Assembly (NCBI GenBank): GCA_951406725.2
Contig: OX597814.1
Coordinates: 93,992,001-94,056,000 of the forward strand
DNA from: Octopus vulgaris
Lineage: Eukaryota
Reading direction: 5' to 3'
Length of the DNA stretch: 64,000 nucleotides
Shown here in pieces: positions 1 through 12,100 of this stretch. The notes beneath the pieces were generated by a model. That model saw only the letters and a list, made by a program, of their open reading frames with translations, had not been told where the DNA came from and ran no database searches. Made by a program: the position numbers and the translations under genes. How positions within the stretch are numbered: position 1 is the stretch's first letter; the number at the start of each line of letters is the position of its first letter.

Positions 1-903
1 AACCATAGGACCCACGTTTACATCCATTTTGCTCATTAGAGAATGTGCCTATCTTTATTAAATAACTATAGGTATATTCAAGCAAGATAGATGTTAGTAT
101 TTTATCCATAGTTGTTAAGCAGGTTATGGGTCTATAATTTTTCAGTTCATTTGTTTCTTCATGTTTTGGAAGTGGGAATGTTACACCATTAACTAGCCAC
201 GGAGGAATTATACTAAGTTGTTGCAAAACATTGATGTAAAGATTTGTTAGCAGTTCATGAATCCCTGGGAAGTCATTCAGCCAGAAGTTAGGAATTTTAT
301 CATTTTCCTGGAGACTTCCATTTGCTTGACTTCCCGAGGGCAGATCTTATAACTTCTACCTTGACACCCTCCCACTTTTGCTCCTCTAAGGAGTCCAAGT
401 CTGTAGATATTCTATCAATCCAAGGGGTCTCTTCATCGTGTGTTTTTTCTTCTACCCAAATTTTATTCCAAAATTTCTTCATTTCTTTTGATGGGACAGA
501 CTTTACTGTAACTGATATTTTCCCTATCTTCCACTAAAAGTTTTTGGGTTTACTTTTTAACTTGTTGTCCTTGAAGAATCTAACACGCTTTTCATATGTT
601 GCACATAGCAAAAGCAGCTTTAGCACATAACTTTTGCTTGATAGTTTCTATGGTGGTATCGATGCCAAGTATGGTTTTCATATATTCTTTCTTTAATTCT
701 TGGATTTTTGTTGGTTTGATAGTCTTGTCAAACTTGAGGTATTGTAAACATTCTATGTCAGACTTAAGTAGCTGAATTTGGTATCGAATACTTTCTTGCA
801 TTTTTGCGGGAATGTTGTTTTCTAATCTTTTCACCGCATAGAATCGTTGAGATTTTCGAGGATAATTAGTAGAGGTAGATGATTTTTGTCTGAAGTCTTT
901 CAA
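1..903 (-). mobile_element. R4/Dong-clade non-LTR retrotransposon, N-terminal ORF region and start of RT, degraded; continues beyond the left edge of the window
   Basis: Minus-strand translation across stops and frameshifts gives KKFWNKIW...PWID...KWKSPGK-(D)KIPNFWL...PPWLVNGVTFPLPK...KNYRPITCLTTMDKILTSI...EQNGCKRGSYG. These are RT motifs 0-2 typical of R4/Dong elements. Confidence 0.85.
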
Positions 904-1297
904 TATAATGTATGGCCTATTTGCATCTATCTTTCTGCCAGTTTGAAGGGTGAAGTTTCAGAGGAGTGAGATGTGATCATTTTCAAGCACAGGAGAATAT
1001 AATCAAATTTATACAAAACTGTTTGATTAAATCTTCTTTTTCTCTTTTTCTTTCTTTTTTCTACCGTCTTCTTTTCACTTTTTTTTCCTGTCTGTTTAAT
1101 TTCGCCTGTTATAAAATTGAAACTTAAAGATTTATGATGTCATTCCATCAGCGTGTGAACGCTGGTTACTCTCATTCATACTTTACGTCTAAATTTCTAT
1201 AATTTTGAATTTTTATCACTTCTTATTTTGAACTTGACAATATCGTTCAACCAATAAAATATCTATTACAATCGAATCGTGCTCTTCGTCTTGACGA

Positions 1298-1322
1298 TTA
1301 TTATTATTATTATTATTATTAC

Positions 1323-1378
<56 letters not shown>
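1298..1378. repeat. (TTA)n microsatellite
   Basis: Seen directly; source of the poly-N ORF. Confidence 0.95.
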
Positions 1379-1379
<1 letters not shown>

Positions 1380-1799
1380 TTTCCACTGATTTCTGGTGAG
1401 CTTTCGATTGAAACACCGGATTTATTCTGGTATTTTATGGATGTGTGTACCACTATCTTTGGCTGGGAAACTACTGTTAATATACTGAGTAATGTCAGTT
1501 TTTAATCATTATGCTACTACTTTTAACATCACTCTTCTATGTTATATTTCCTCGTTATGCGATAAAGGTTTGGATTATTCTTTATACGTTTTTTATATAA
1601 GCAGCAATGTGTCAGGCGACTGGTAGGACGTGTTATTTAAAACTTTGTTACTTCTGTGCACAGAAGGGTTATAATTGGAATTCTCTAGATTTGTTTGCAG
1701 TAGGTCCATTTTTTTTGTACATGTTCTATTTCTGTATAGCTATTTCAGTTGTTGGTACTGCTTCTAATAAATGTTCCAGTATTTGATTTATTATTATTG

Positions 1800-2036
1800 C
1801 ATTTGCACAGGTTCTAACGCTGGAGATGTACTGCGGTGTAACTTAGGTTACACCTCTTATTTTTCGAGCATCTTTTCGAGTATTCGGGTGGTTCGAAACA
1901 GTGCAGTTTTTTGCAAGTGCTCCACCCTTGCAGCCCCTAGTTGTTCCACGTACTTCTCGAGATTTTTGCTCACTGTTTCCAGGGCTCCGAAAATTATTGG
2001 TACTGCTGCTATTTTTTCATCGACCACAACTGCTTA
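1800..2036 (-). mobile_element. 5'-truncated R4/Dong 3' end (C-terminus of the restriction-like endonuclease plus 3' UTR)
   Basis: Minus translation VKQLWS..AAVPIIFGALETVSKNLEKYVEQLGAARVEHLQKTALFRTTRILEKML; ends in a short (TAA)n. Confidence 0.8.
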
Positions 2037-2052
2037 ACTTATTATTATTATT

Positions 2053-2360
2053 CTATGTTTGACTTATGCTTTATATTTGTACAGGTTGGCTCCAAGTCTC
2101 ACCCAGAGACCTCAAGAGACAACAGGTTGGAAGTTCACGTTGTTGTTATGCCTAGTGTGCCATATATTTGTTTTTTTTTTTTGGTGTTGTACTAGTGAAT
2201 GTCTAATAAATAATTTTTTTTTAAATGTTTTAAACCTTGAGATTACACAGAAAGTATTTTGCGTAGGATATGAGCAGTTCCCATGAGCACTATCTTTTGA
2301 ATTTCTACCATTTTGGGGTTTCCTGGTATCTGAGTTAGGTAGCAATCAGCCCCTTTCGCT
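2053..2360 (-). mobile_element. 5'-truncated R4/Dong 3' end, second subfamily
   Basis: Minus translation AKGADCYLTQIPGNPKMVEIQKIVLMGTAHILRKILSV*, followed by a UTR and a (TAA)n tail. Confidence 0.8.
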
Positions 2361-2362
2361 AA

Positions 2363-2363
<1 letters not shown>

Positions 2364-2438
<75 letters not shown>
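2364..2438. repeat. (TTA)n microsatellite
   Basis: Seen directly. Confidence 0.95.
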
Positions 2439-2439
2439 T

Positions 2440-3020
2440 AATATTTGGTAGTTTCAGGTGAATTTCTACTGCATAATCTGCTACACTTCCGTGTGGCTGG
2501 GGTGTGCGCAGCATTGTGTGCACATTTTTGTTGTTGGGGAGTGCAAACTCTTCTCGGTATAGTATTGCGTCTGTTTCTTTTCTTATGGGTGCTGGTGTAA
2601 TTTTTTTTTCTTCTATTAGTGTTTGTATTGTGTGTTGTGTGTGTAATGCGAGTTGTGTTCTTCTGACGGGTATGCGGTTTGGTGGTGATCGTCTATTTTA
2701 TTGGATATTTGCTAGATCGAGTGTGTCTTGTGTTTCTAGCAGAGCTATTTTTGCTATATTTTGCAGTGTTGAGGGTTCAAGAATAGCTCCTACATTTTTG
2801 TTCATGCATATTGTTTTCAGCATGCCCAAAGATCCAATTATTACTGGTAATGTTTTCACCTTCATGTCCCACATCTTGAATTCTTGAACTCCGAGGTCTT
2901 TGTACTTTAACAATTTCTCCACTGCATTTAGGGCAATATTTTGGTCAGAAGTGAATGCAATATTTGTCTGTAAGCATGTGAGGGCATACTCTGCTCTCAT
3001 GTCAATTCCAATGTTTGCTC
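2440..3020 (-). mobile_element. 5'-truncated R4/Dong 3' end, third subfamily (RLE domain)
   Basis: ORF 2698-3024 reads NIAFTSDQNIALNAVEKLLKYKDL...MWDMKVKTLPVIIGSLGML...IAKIALLET, the RLE 'EK..KYKDL...PVIIGALG' signature. Confidence 0.85.
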
Positions 3021-3117
3021 TCATATTTCTTGAAACTGGTTGTTAGTGCTCCGAGTGCCCCTACAACTACTGGGATTAGAGTTACTCTCCTCATTCATCA
3101 CATTCCTGCAGTTTCGT
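3021..3117 (-). mobile_element. Short R4/Dong RLE fragment, fourth copy
   Basis: Minus translation MRRVTLIPVVVGALGALTTSFKKYE. Confidence 0.65.
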
Positions 3118-3163
3118 TATTATTATCTATTATTATTATAAAAGATATAAAAGAAATCATCAT

Positions 3164-3199
<36 letters not shown>

Positions 3200-3287
3200 T
3201 ATTATCATCATTATTATTATTATTATCATTATTATTATTACCATCACCAACATCATCATAATCACCATAATCATCATCATCATCATC

Positions 3288-3333
<46 letters not shown>

Positions 3334-3358
3334 ACAACAACAACATCATCATCATTAT
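3118..3358. repeat. Compound (TTA)/(TCA)n microsatellite
   Basis: Seen directly; source of the poly-I, poly-M and poly-D ORFs. Confidence 0.95.
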
Positions 3359-4408
3359 CTGAAAATCCTCGTGAAGTGGAGATGTTATACGAGAGAAAGA
3401 GTTTCGAAATATTCATTCTACATAGATTTTCATATTTGTCTTTGCTCTTTGCTCTTTGGTTATAATATCTGAGATGTTCGCTTTGATCGTTTTACATAAT
3501 TTTGAAGCTAAAAGCAAAAGAGCAAAGAAAGCAAATACCACTCCCGAGTTTCAAATCAACCATTGCTAAAATATTTCTGTTTTCGTATGTATCATGTAAG
3601 CCGCCGTACAGCTGAGACAGGGCAGAGTTTTGCTTTACTATTGAGGCTTACATTATTCATTGCTAATAAATGTTTGAAAGCAATGAATGAATGTCACTGT
3701 CACAGCCTTATTTTTTTCCTTTAAAATTTGCAACCTTACACAGAAGCATGAAATTAATAAGAAATTCAATATTAATCTTTTTATATTGATATAAAAGCAC
3801 TTAAAGAAGATAACTCTTTGATATGACCGTTCCATTTGGAAAATACTTTTTAGTTCCAATACAGTTATATTACGAAGTTTTTAAATGTAATTTTCTTCTG
3901 TATTTTTCCCCACCTGAAAGCAACAAGAAAGGAATTCCTACGTGAGTTTTCGACAATTTTGGTGTTGTTATGATCCGCAGAGCGTAAGAATAGTCGCACA
4001 TGTACAGTGAAACTGCATACAAATTAAAACAAACATAAAAGTCACTGGTCGAAGTATCAATAAAACGTTAGCATCATATTGATCTTTGGATCAATAGTTA
4101 AGTACACATATGTGTGCTTATTTACAAAATCTTATATTTAAGCATTCTATGCAGGCATTTCTATTTATTCTCCACCCCGCCTTTACACTAACTCCCCTTT
4201 CTCATAGGTTGCCTTTCCATTCACTCCGTCTGCCATTCTCTTCCACACTGTTTCAGGCCCTCACACTTAAGTGTACACACATGTACACACACATGTACAC
4301 ACACGCGAACACACGCACACACGCACACACATACGCACACACACACACACGCGCGCACACATATAATTCCACAAATTCTGTATATTATTGTCTATGTGTG
4401 TGCATATT

Positions 4409-4448
<40 letters not shown>

Positions 4449-4562
4449 CCTTCATATATTTATTCAAACTTGCACGTATACATACAAATACACTGGTATA
4501 TGTACGTACGTACGTGTGTGTGTGTTTGTGTGTGTCTGTGTGTGCGTGTGTGGTATATTGAA

Positions 4563-4878
4563 GGCGCCTGGATTAGTGGTTAGGGCATTCGGCTCATGAT
4601 TGTAAGGTCGTGAGTTCAATTCCCGGCGACGCATTATGTCCTTGAGCAAGGCACTTTATTTCACGTTGCTCCAGTCCGCTCATCTGACAAAAATGTATTT
4701 CATAGGGTCGACATTCTCACATTCTGTGTCACGCTGAATCTCCCTGAGAACTACGTTAGGGGTACGCGTGTCTGTGGATTGCTCAGTCACTTGCACGCTA
4801 ATCAATTTCACGAGCAAGCTGTTCTGTTTATCGTATCAGCTGGGTCCCTCGTCGTCGTCGTAACCGATGGAGTGCTCC
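4563..4878 (+). mobile_element. tRNA-derived SINE family A (CORE-like centre)
   Basis: A box (ggattagtggtta), B box (gagttcaattc) and central gtccttgagcaaggcacttta; homologous copy at 50319-50633. Confidence 0.8.
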
Positions 4879-5449
4879 TTATATATATATATATATAGTT
4901 GAAAAAAGATTCGAGATCTAGACAAATCAAATGATGGAGATGGAAATAGCACAGAAGTAAGTCTAAGAAATTTCAATTTAAGAGGAAATTTAATAAAAGA
5001 TTATATAAATAAAAAATATTAGCATTACAAATTTCGATATATTTCATCTTATCAAATATCTGTAAAAAAATTATTAAAACTTGCAAAATTTGAAGTAAAA
5101 ACAATCTATCTTTTGTCTGGTGGTCAAGAAATTGTCTGGAAGTTTTTCGTTGAAATCTTCTTTAAATACAGTTTGGTGTACAGTTCAAAGTGTTAGAGAG
5201 TGAGAGAAGGGGTGTATATTGTCTAAAAGAAATCTTTGTGCTCTTGTCAAGGAAATGACTAAAAAGCATTTATTGAATGGATTTTATGTCCACCTGTGTG
5301 TGTGCGTGTGCGTGAGTGTGTGTGTGCGTGAGTGTGTGTGCGCGCGCGCGTGTGTGTGTGTTTGTGTGTATTGTGTTGGATGGGTATTTACATTAAAGAG
5401 GGTATTTAGATTGAAGGGAAAGTTTGCCGATCACATAGTTATTAATAGA

Positions 5450-6070
5450 AATAATTGAAAAGTCTCGAAACTTTTATTAGGAGACTGAAATTGATTTCGG
5501 TAATTGATTTCTTTTGATTTATTTAGATGTTTTGTTTCTGTACGTTTTAAATTTGTTCTGGTTTCACTGTAATAATGAAAAACGTAACACTGTTCTATTT
5601 ATACTACGAGTCGCAATACCGTTCCGTATTACCAAAGCTTCTCAAATTTGACACAATAGCTAATCACTTTTATAAATGCCATATAGAATAAAATTCTTAT
5701 TGAATTGTTTTGCTCATCCGTTAAGACATCTTAGATAAAAATTTGAAATATAGCCGTACAGGCTGATAGAAAATGTTTTATATTGATAACATTAAGGAAT
5801 ACACCAGCTCAAAATAAGATATATCCTTTGGTGAGAAGTTTGGTTATTAAAACTGTCGTTTACTGTGATCCATAATGTCGATCCGGAAAAACTCCAAACA
5901 ACCCATGTTCAAATATATGCTTCACTTTAACCAAAATGTTAATCAGCAGCAGGTGCATTCCTAGTCTATCGAAATTTAATAATTTTCTAACCAGTTGCAG
6001 GAAAAAATGTTTGCAATTCCGACATTATTCATAGAATGCGCCAATTAGTACCCACAATGTAACTACACAC
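5450..6070 (-). mobile_element. Highly decayed Penelope-like element (RT thumb to GIY-YIG)
   Basis: Minus frame YYSETRTNLKRTETKHLNKIK resembles GIY-YIG 'YIGET.R.L..R..EH'; upstream AIFQIF.DVLTDEQNNSIRIL resembles the PLE thumb. Many stops. Confidence 0.35.
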
Positions 6071-6482
6071 ATGTTATTGGTGCTTTTATCTTCTTTGGAT
6101 TCTTCCCTTTTCCTTTTTTCTTTTCTGACTAAGTGCTATGCTCGAAACATCAAAATCTATCTCTTTTTACCGAGCGTCAAACTAATACATTCCATGTGCA
6201 CGTCTTCCTATCATTTGTTATTGTTATTTTTAATTTTAGTTTATTTGATTTACATATACTAATAGATAATAAAACAAGTGGTTTATACCTGGCAACTTAC
6301 TGGAAAAGCATGATAAAGTGTTCCTTATGTATATGATTAATGGGAGATGGCAGACGGAAGATATGAGAATTTTTATTAATCGCTACAATCGATTCGACCC
6401 ATCTATCATATTCTTTAGATAGACACAAAGACACACAGAGTAAGGTAATATAAACGTCCTTCACTCTATGTTTATTCACTTC

Positions 6483-6650
6483 TTTGACAGTTGGAGTTGG
6501 TTAGTTTATCTCCCCATGACTTAACGGTTCGGCAAAGAAAACAGAATAAATACTGGTCTTAAAATGTTTAAAAATAGACGAAAGTACTAGGGCCGATTAT
6601 TTCGACTAAAACCCTTCGTTCACTAATTGAAACAGGTTAAAAATAAGAGA
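6483..6650 (+). mobile_element. SINE family C, 3' half
   Basis: Matches 19860-20030 (acttaacggttcggcaaa...agaataaatact...ttcgactaaa). Confidence 0.65.
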
Positions 6651-7144
6651 TAAAAATACAAGCACCGCATTTGGTCACAGTGATTTGCCTTCCCGCCCAG
6701 TTGGGGAAGTATTGAAGCCAAGCAATGTTTGCTTCTCTTAAAAGTCACATGATCCGTCTAACGTTTTAATAGCTCAGCGGCTATGCGGAAAACATTTTCT
6801 TCTTCATTTTTTAGGTGTGACTTCACATCGGCAGTTTTTCTTTGTCTGGCATATTTGAGTCTTTGCTCATCAGAGCTTGTTCTGTGCCCTGTAAAACAGC
6901 TTTTTCGCGCCTTGAATTCACTTGCGAATGGGTCTCCATGATCGTAGAAATTCAGAGACAGCTGACTGATAATGGGAGCCCAACAAGAAGACATGAATGA
7001 ACTAACATTTGCGATAAAGCTCTCTCTCTCTCTCCCACTCTCTCTCCCTCACTTAGTTCACCTTTCTTTTACCTTCGTTTTCCTCAAACTAAAATTTTCA
7101 ATAGTGATAAAATTTAATACATTAGATTGTTATTTATTTTTTAC

Positions 7145-7300
7145 CTTTTACTTATTTCATTGAACTGCGGCCATGCTAGGGCACCGCCTTGAAGAGTTCA
7201 TAGTCGAAAAAGGTCGACTCCAATACTTATCTTTTGAAGTCTGGCACGTACTCTATTGATTCTTTTGCCAAACACACGCAAACCGACACGGGTTGTTAAG
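7145..7300 (-). mobile_element. SINE family C, 3' half
   Basis: Reverse complement of ggcggtgctccagcatggccgcagt...aagtaaaag seen at 19980-20040. Confidence 0.7.
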
Positions 7301-7324
7301 CGTCTGTCGTGTATGTATGCGATT

Positions 7325-10300
7325 GTTCGGTTTCATTTCAGGATTCCTTGCCAATAGAGAAAAAGCCGGTTTCTCACTTAGATCCAAGGCTCCTTCATTG
7401 GAATTTCAACATCAACATTAAAATATTTTTGTATGTATGTATGTATGTATGTATGTATGTATGTATGTATGTATATTTGTATGTATGTGTGCAGATTTGC
7501 ATGCTTTGCTATCTGTAAGTATTCGCATGCATATAGTTGCATATCTAGACATGCTCATGTATATTTAAATGATAAACTTCTGGAAAGTTTTACAGATTTT
7601 TACAGTTCCAGTAATAGATTGGATCTTTAGTCATTGAATTAGCTTTCTATTTTCTGGTTATGAGGAACCTAATTTCTCAAGATTGGTATTTAGGCAGTGT
7701 GATATTTATCCCAGGGCCCCAATAATTGCCGGTATAAACCTGAAATTGTGATCTAGATAAAGTAATTGCAGATTACTCAATAATTCAACTTAGGCATTCT
7801 CTTTTTCACTGATCTTCAGCATTATGATAAAATCCGCCGAGCAGCTAATTTCCACAACTTTACACAGTGTCTCTTCTCTATCCCAAAAATTTATATCAAG
7901 TCTGTTGTGCTTACATTTTATTGAGGTCTTCACTGGAACATTCCACAACCACTCCTTTTCATTATGAGTGGCTATGGATTCTACCATACTGCGGGCTCTT
8001 ATTTTTTTGTCCTTGTAGTTATACTTCCGACGGATTTCAGTATAGAGTGTCCTAGCTACATCATGCCTCATCGGTAGATAATGCCGTGATGACATTTTCG
8101 GATAGCTGCTTATGATGTGGGTGATATTTTCGGTGTTAACTTCACAAATCTGCATCGGTTCTCACATTTTACTGCTTTTCCTTCATCTCTATCCTTTTTG
8201 TGCATCAGGTACTTGGTTGATATTTCCTATTTCTGGATTGCAAAAACATACCCTTCGAAGTGATAGGTAGTAATCTAGCTGTTATTCTATGAAACACTGC
8301 TTTAATGATCGATGTTACAATCATCTCGAAGCTTTCTACTAACATATCCATGCATAGTCCTCTGCTCATACAGGCTTATCCTTTCATCTGATATGTTGCG
8401 GTAGAATCGCGCGGCTTCTCTGGGTATGTATTCTACGTTATCAGACAAAGAATGTTTGTCAAGGAGCTGCCTTCCAAGTCTTATGATGGTATCAGCCTCA
8501 TATATGTAAACTTGGTCAAGAGATGGACACAAGATGGTTAAAAGGGATATGATGCGACATCCAAAGGCATTTTGGATCGATGTTAAGCATCTGCCGCCTT
8601 GTTTTCGTTTTAGGTAGAGGTGGTCTACATCACTGTTGATGTGGAAATTAGGTGTGCTATTTAGTATTTCGGGGGTTTTACATGAAAGGCTCAGATTTCA
8701 TCAAGCGTCCAATCAAACAGCCCAAATTTTGGTTTGAAAACTGGCACTTCAAACGCATTGTAAGCCACTGTTTTATTGAACGCAGAAAGTTCTGAGGCCC
8801 AAATTTTCTTTTTTCGGCTGTAATATTTTTAGTGACACGTGTTTTGTTGCAGGCACCGTTGTAAGATATGTTTCATCCACCCCTAGATTCCTGTAACGTT
8901 CCTCGTCAGATATTGGGGAGACAGTCAAATCGTGACTGAGATGTTGCTAATCTGCTTTATATGCTTTTTCACAAGCATATAACATCTACCCTGATCAAAC
9001 TCAAACCCTACATCCTTTGAGAATATTGTTACTGGGTCAAGGCTCTTTTTCATCTGATGCATATTCTTTGCATAAAGTTTCAAGTCATCTACAAAGAAAC
9101 AGTGTGGAATTTTGGTATTTTTGTTTCCTTGTGAACCAATGAAAGATATCCCTCAGACATCCTTAACATGAATGACAAGGGGTTTACAGAAAGTATAAAC
9201 AATATCACAGAGTGGCTGACCTTTTGGAATATGCCCTTGTGATACTGTATTGTATCAGTGATAATATAGTTATTCGTTGTGTTTCATTTCAAGATTGTCG
9301 CCCACAATGAAGGCAGGACAGCTATGGCTTTGACTATGCTCACTGGAACTTTAGCAAGTTGAAGGGCTTCTAGCATCCATGAGTGGGGAACAGTGTCAAA
9401 GGCTTACTTGGAGTCTAGCCACAATGAAACTAGGTTCCTCCTATGCTCCTACACCTCTGACATTACAGCTTTGGATTAACAATTGCTCGACGCATCCCCA
9501 GACTCCCTTCTTCCTAGCTGCTTGTTCTGCTCTGATGATGTTATTGGTTTCCCAATGGTCATGGTGGAAGAGGTTTAAGCATGCTGCATATATTTTATGC
9601 ATTAAGTTCTGGCATGCAATTGGCCGGTAGGTTTTTTGCCATGGGGTGTTTCTGCATTTGGGGATCAATTTTGTCTCTGCTAGAGCTAACCAATGTTGTA
9701 TGCTACTGTTCCCATTGAGAGCGTGCTAGTACAGATTGATAAGATATGGTCGGTAGAAGGTTAGGTTCTTGTACCAATATTCAACAATCAAGTCTCTTCC
9801 AAGTGCTTTTCTATCCTGGAGTTTCTAGATCACAGTTACAATAGCTTCACCATCAATGTTGTATGTCTTGGGTGTAACGCAGGTACAATAACTTCTTCGG
9901 ATTTCTTCCAGCCACAGAAAATCTTGGTTAAACTCCTTCTCTTCACTCCAGGAGTCTATGTCTTCTCGTGAAGCAGCTTCTGTGATGTTCACGGTTCCTC
10001 CTCTCATGTCTCTCTATACTGCTTCCTGGCTCCGGTTGATTTTTTCTTTATTGTTCTTCTCTGTGTTATTCTTTTCTGAAGTCGGAGTTTTTCACTGACA
10101 GCTTTTAGCTCCTGCTTGGGGGCAATCAGTTTTATGTGAGTATCCTCTTTTTGCTGCCTCCAGACATAATTTCTATCTCCTTCTTAATTTTCTGTTGGTG
10201 GGACGTATATTGATTTGCTTGTTTACACGCAAAAAGCATCTCTGTCTTCAAACCCATGATGATTACTTTCTTTGTTGTTTCGATTTTGTTTACTTTTTGA

Positions 10301-11260
10301 ATGTCATTCATGTATTGCTTTGCAGTAGTAGCCAGATCACATAGACAGGCGTTAATCTGCGATAATCTGGGTTCATCCCACTGCAGTAGATACTCATCAA
10401 CAACTTCGTTAACAGCTTTTAATACCGTATCTGATGGGTTTTTTTACTTATTTAGGCAGAAAATACTCTCTCTTCGAGAGCATGCTTCAAAGCGACAGTT
10501 ATTTTTTCTCGGAAAATTTCAGTAAGGGCACATTTCACCGGTATATATTCATGACTACCACTACCATTTACCATAGTCGTAGTAGGGGGACAGTGGTCAG
10601 TTACTTGCGCAAGTAATGTAGTTTGGCTGGCAGGCACTTTGGAATATGTTGGAATGTCGCTAGCTGCGAAACCACGTGGTGGTCTTAGATCATACACGTT
10701 TTCGATTTTTGTTTATGGAGTTGGTAAGAAGGTTCATTTTCGATTTTTTAAAATAAAGTTACAGTTACTAACCTTCCTACGTTCTACAAATGTTGCTTGT
10801 TGGCGTAGTTGCTTCACAGTAAAATAATTTAATTCTGGATGCAGATCGACCGAATAGGATTACAATCGATTCATATAGCCAACAGTGGGCTTTTGTTTCG
10901 CCTTTTTGTAGCTGTTAAACAGATCAGTATTCAATTCATAACTCCAAGAGAAATGAGTATGATAATTATAGTGTTTTCTATAACTACAACTAGAAAGAAT
11001 TTGTTTAGCTGTTGAGCTGTTGTTTTCGTTCTGTTCCTCGGTTGTGTTGTTGTTGATGTTGTGTCCAGCCATGTTGTTTTTAGTAATTGTCTGCATGCTA
11101 AATTCAAGTTTCAGTCGAAAATCACTGTGATCGTTAATTCCTCTGGAGATTGACCAGTTATATAACAAGGCTGATACTTGAAGCTCCAAAGTTTGAGATT
11201 GTATTCATTGCATTTTCGATAAATAGCCTCCCACGCCAACTACGCGACTTGTCTCTTCGA
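7325..11260 (-). mobile_element. Near-full-length (about 3.9 kb) R4/Dong-clade RLE retrotransposon, pseudogenised
   Basis: Motifs occur in order on the minus strand. N-terminus FSWSYELNTDLFNSYKKAK..VGYMNRL; RT YRPIACQNLMHKIY, AEQAARKKGVWGCVEQLLI, AFDTVPHSW, KGIFQ and PHCFFVDDLKLYA (FVDD near 9084-9096); zinc-knuckle remnant C..CEVNTENITHIISS..RHD; RLE KHNRLDINFWD..VVEISC and FIPAIIGALG...ITGTVKICKTF; 3' UTR with (CATA)n. Confidence 0.92.
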
Positions 11261-11342
11261 GTGTGTGTGTGTGTGTGTATGTGTGTGTGTGTGTGTATGT
11301 GTGTGTGTGTGTGTGTGTATGTGTGTGTGTATACATAACAAA

Positions 11343-11480
11343 AATACGCATGGAGAAAATCACGTCTTTAATTGTAGGATTCACTTTACAAACCCGACAA
11401 TTATCTCTATTAATATAAACAATTGTGAACTTCGTCAGGTGAATTCTACAATTAAAAATGTGATTTTCTCCATACGTATT
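11343..11480. mobile_element. Palindromic MITE-like element
   Basis: Arms 11343-11384 and 11439-11480 are inverted repeats; both strands translate GENHxFNCRIH. Confidence 0.65.
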
Positions 11481-11704
11481 GTTTTCTTGTGTAATACGCT
11501 GAATTTTTCGAAATTCTTCTGAATGATATTTGGATCTACTTGTCATACATAATGAATTACTGTGAATATGCTTTCTGCTTGCATTTTTGGTATCTGATTG
11601 TTGCCTGTATATAGTTAATCAAATTAACATAATGTTTTATTGATATTTGCCGGGATTTCTTTAATCCGTTTTTCTCTTCCTATATATATATATATATATG
11701 TATA

Positions 11705-11908
11705 CAGGATGTCCCAGAAGTGGCGCAAAATTTTGGTTTTCATTAAAAATAATTAAAGCGTATTATTTTATTATATTTTTCGGCATGTTTTATTGTAGAG
11801 GGTCCTCAATTTGAGCATTTGTTGTGATTAATTTCAATAAAGTGTTTTTGAAATCAATAATGGTGTATTCTTTTAAAAAACAGGATGGTACGCGATTTCT
11901 GGGATACC

Positions 11909-11911
<3 letters not shown>
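11705..11911. mobile_element. Tc1/mariner-type MITE
   Basis: TA|caggatgtcccagaagt ... atttctgggataccctg|TA, inserted in (TA)n. Confidence 0.8.
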
Positions 11912-11944
<33 letters not shown>

Positions 11945-11950
<6 letters not shown>

Positions 11951-12100
11951 AGAGGTTAAATTAGCCTCATTAAGGTAGAAAATGCTAAAATAATCATGAA
12001 ATATATTTTGTAACGGTTAGTCTCGGTTTCCGTCTTTTCGACTTTTTCTACTAAGAGTAAAACAAACACGGATATTAATTAAATCTACACTTCAATTTTC
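11945..12100 (-). repeat. Short repeat (PLE pseudo-LTR-like) with hammerhead-like motif; homologous to 39520-39640
   Basis: Shared tttactct.agt.gaaa.a.tcgaaaagac.gaaaccg and attatttta.cat.ttctacctt. Confidence 0.55.

Noticed and set aside
1380-1785. A further R4/Dong 3' end between the TTA tracts
   Set aside because: The position fits the cluster, but the translation is too decayed to support a call.
3015-3416. Long homopolymeric ORFs (poly-I/M/D here; [12 protein letters not shown] and poly-E/K/F ORFs elsewhere in the window)
   Set aside because: They are translations of microsatellites and have no coding signal.
6758-6994. 78-aa minus-strand ORF as a host exon or mariner C-terminus
   Set aside because: No recognisable motif or convincing splice sites; resemblance to mariner is too weak.
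11150-11260. HDV-like ribozyme at the R4/Dong 5' end
   Set aside because: I could not identify the nested double-pseudoknot helices by eye.
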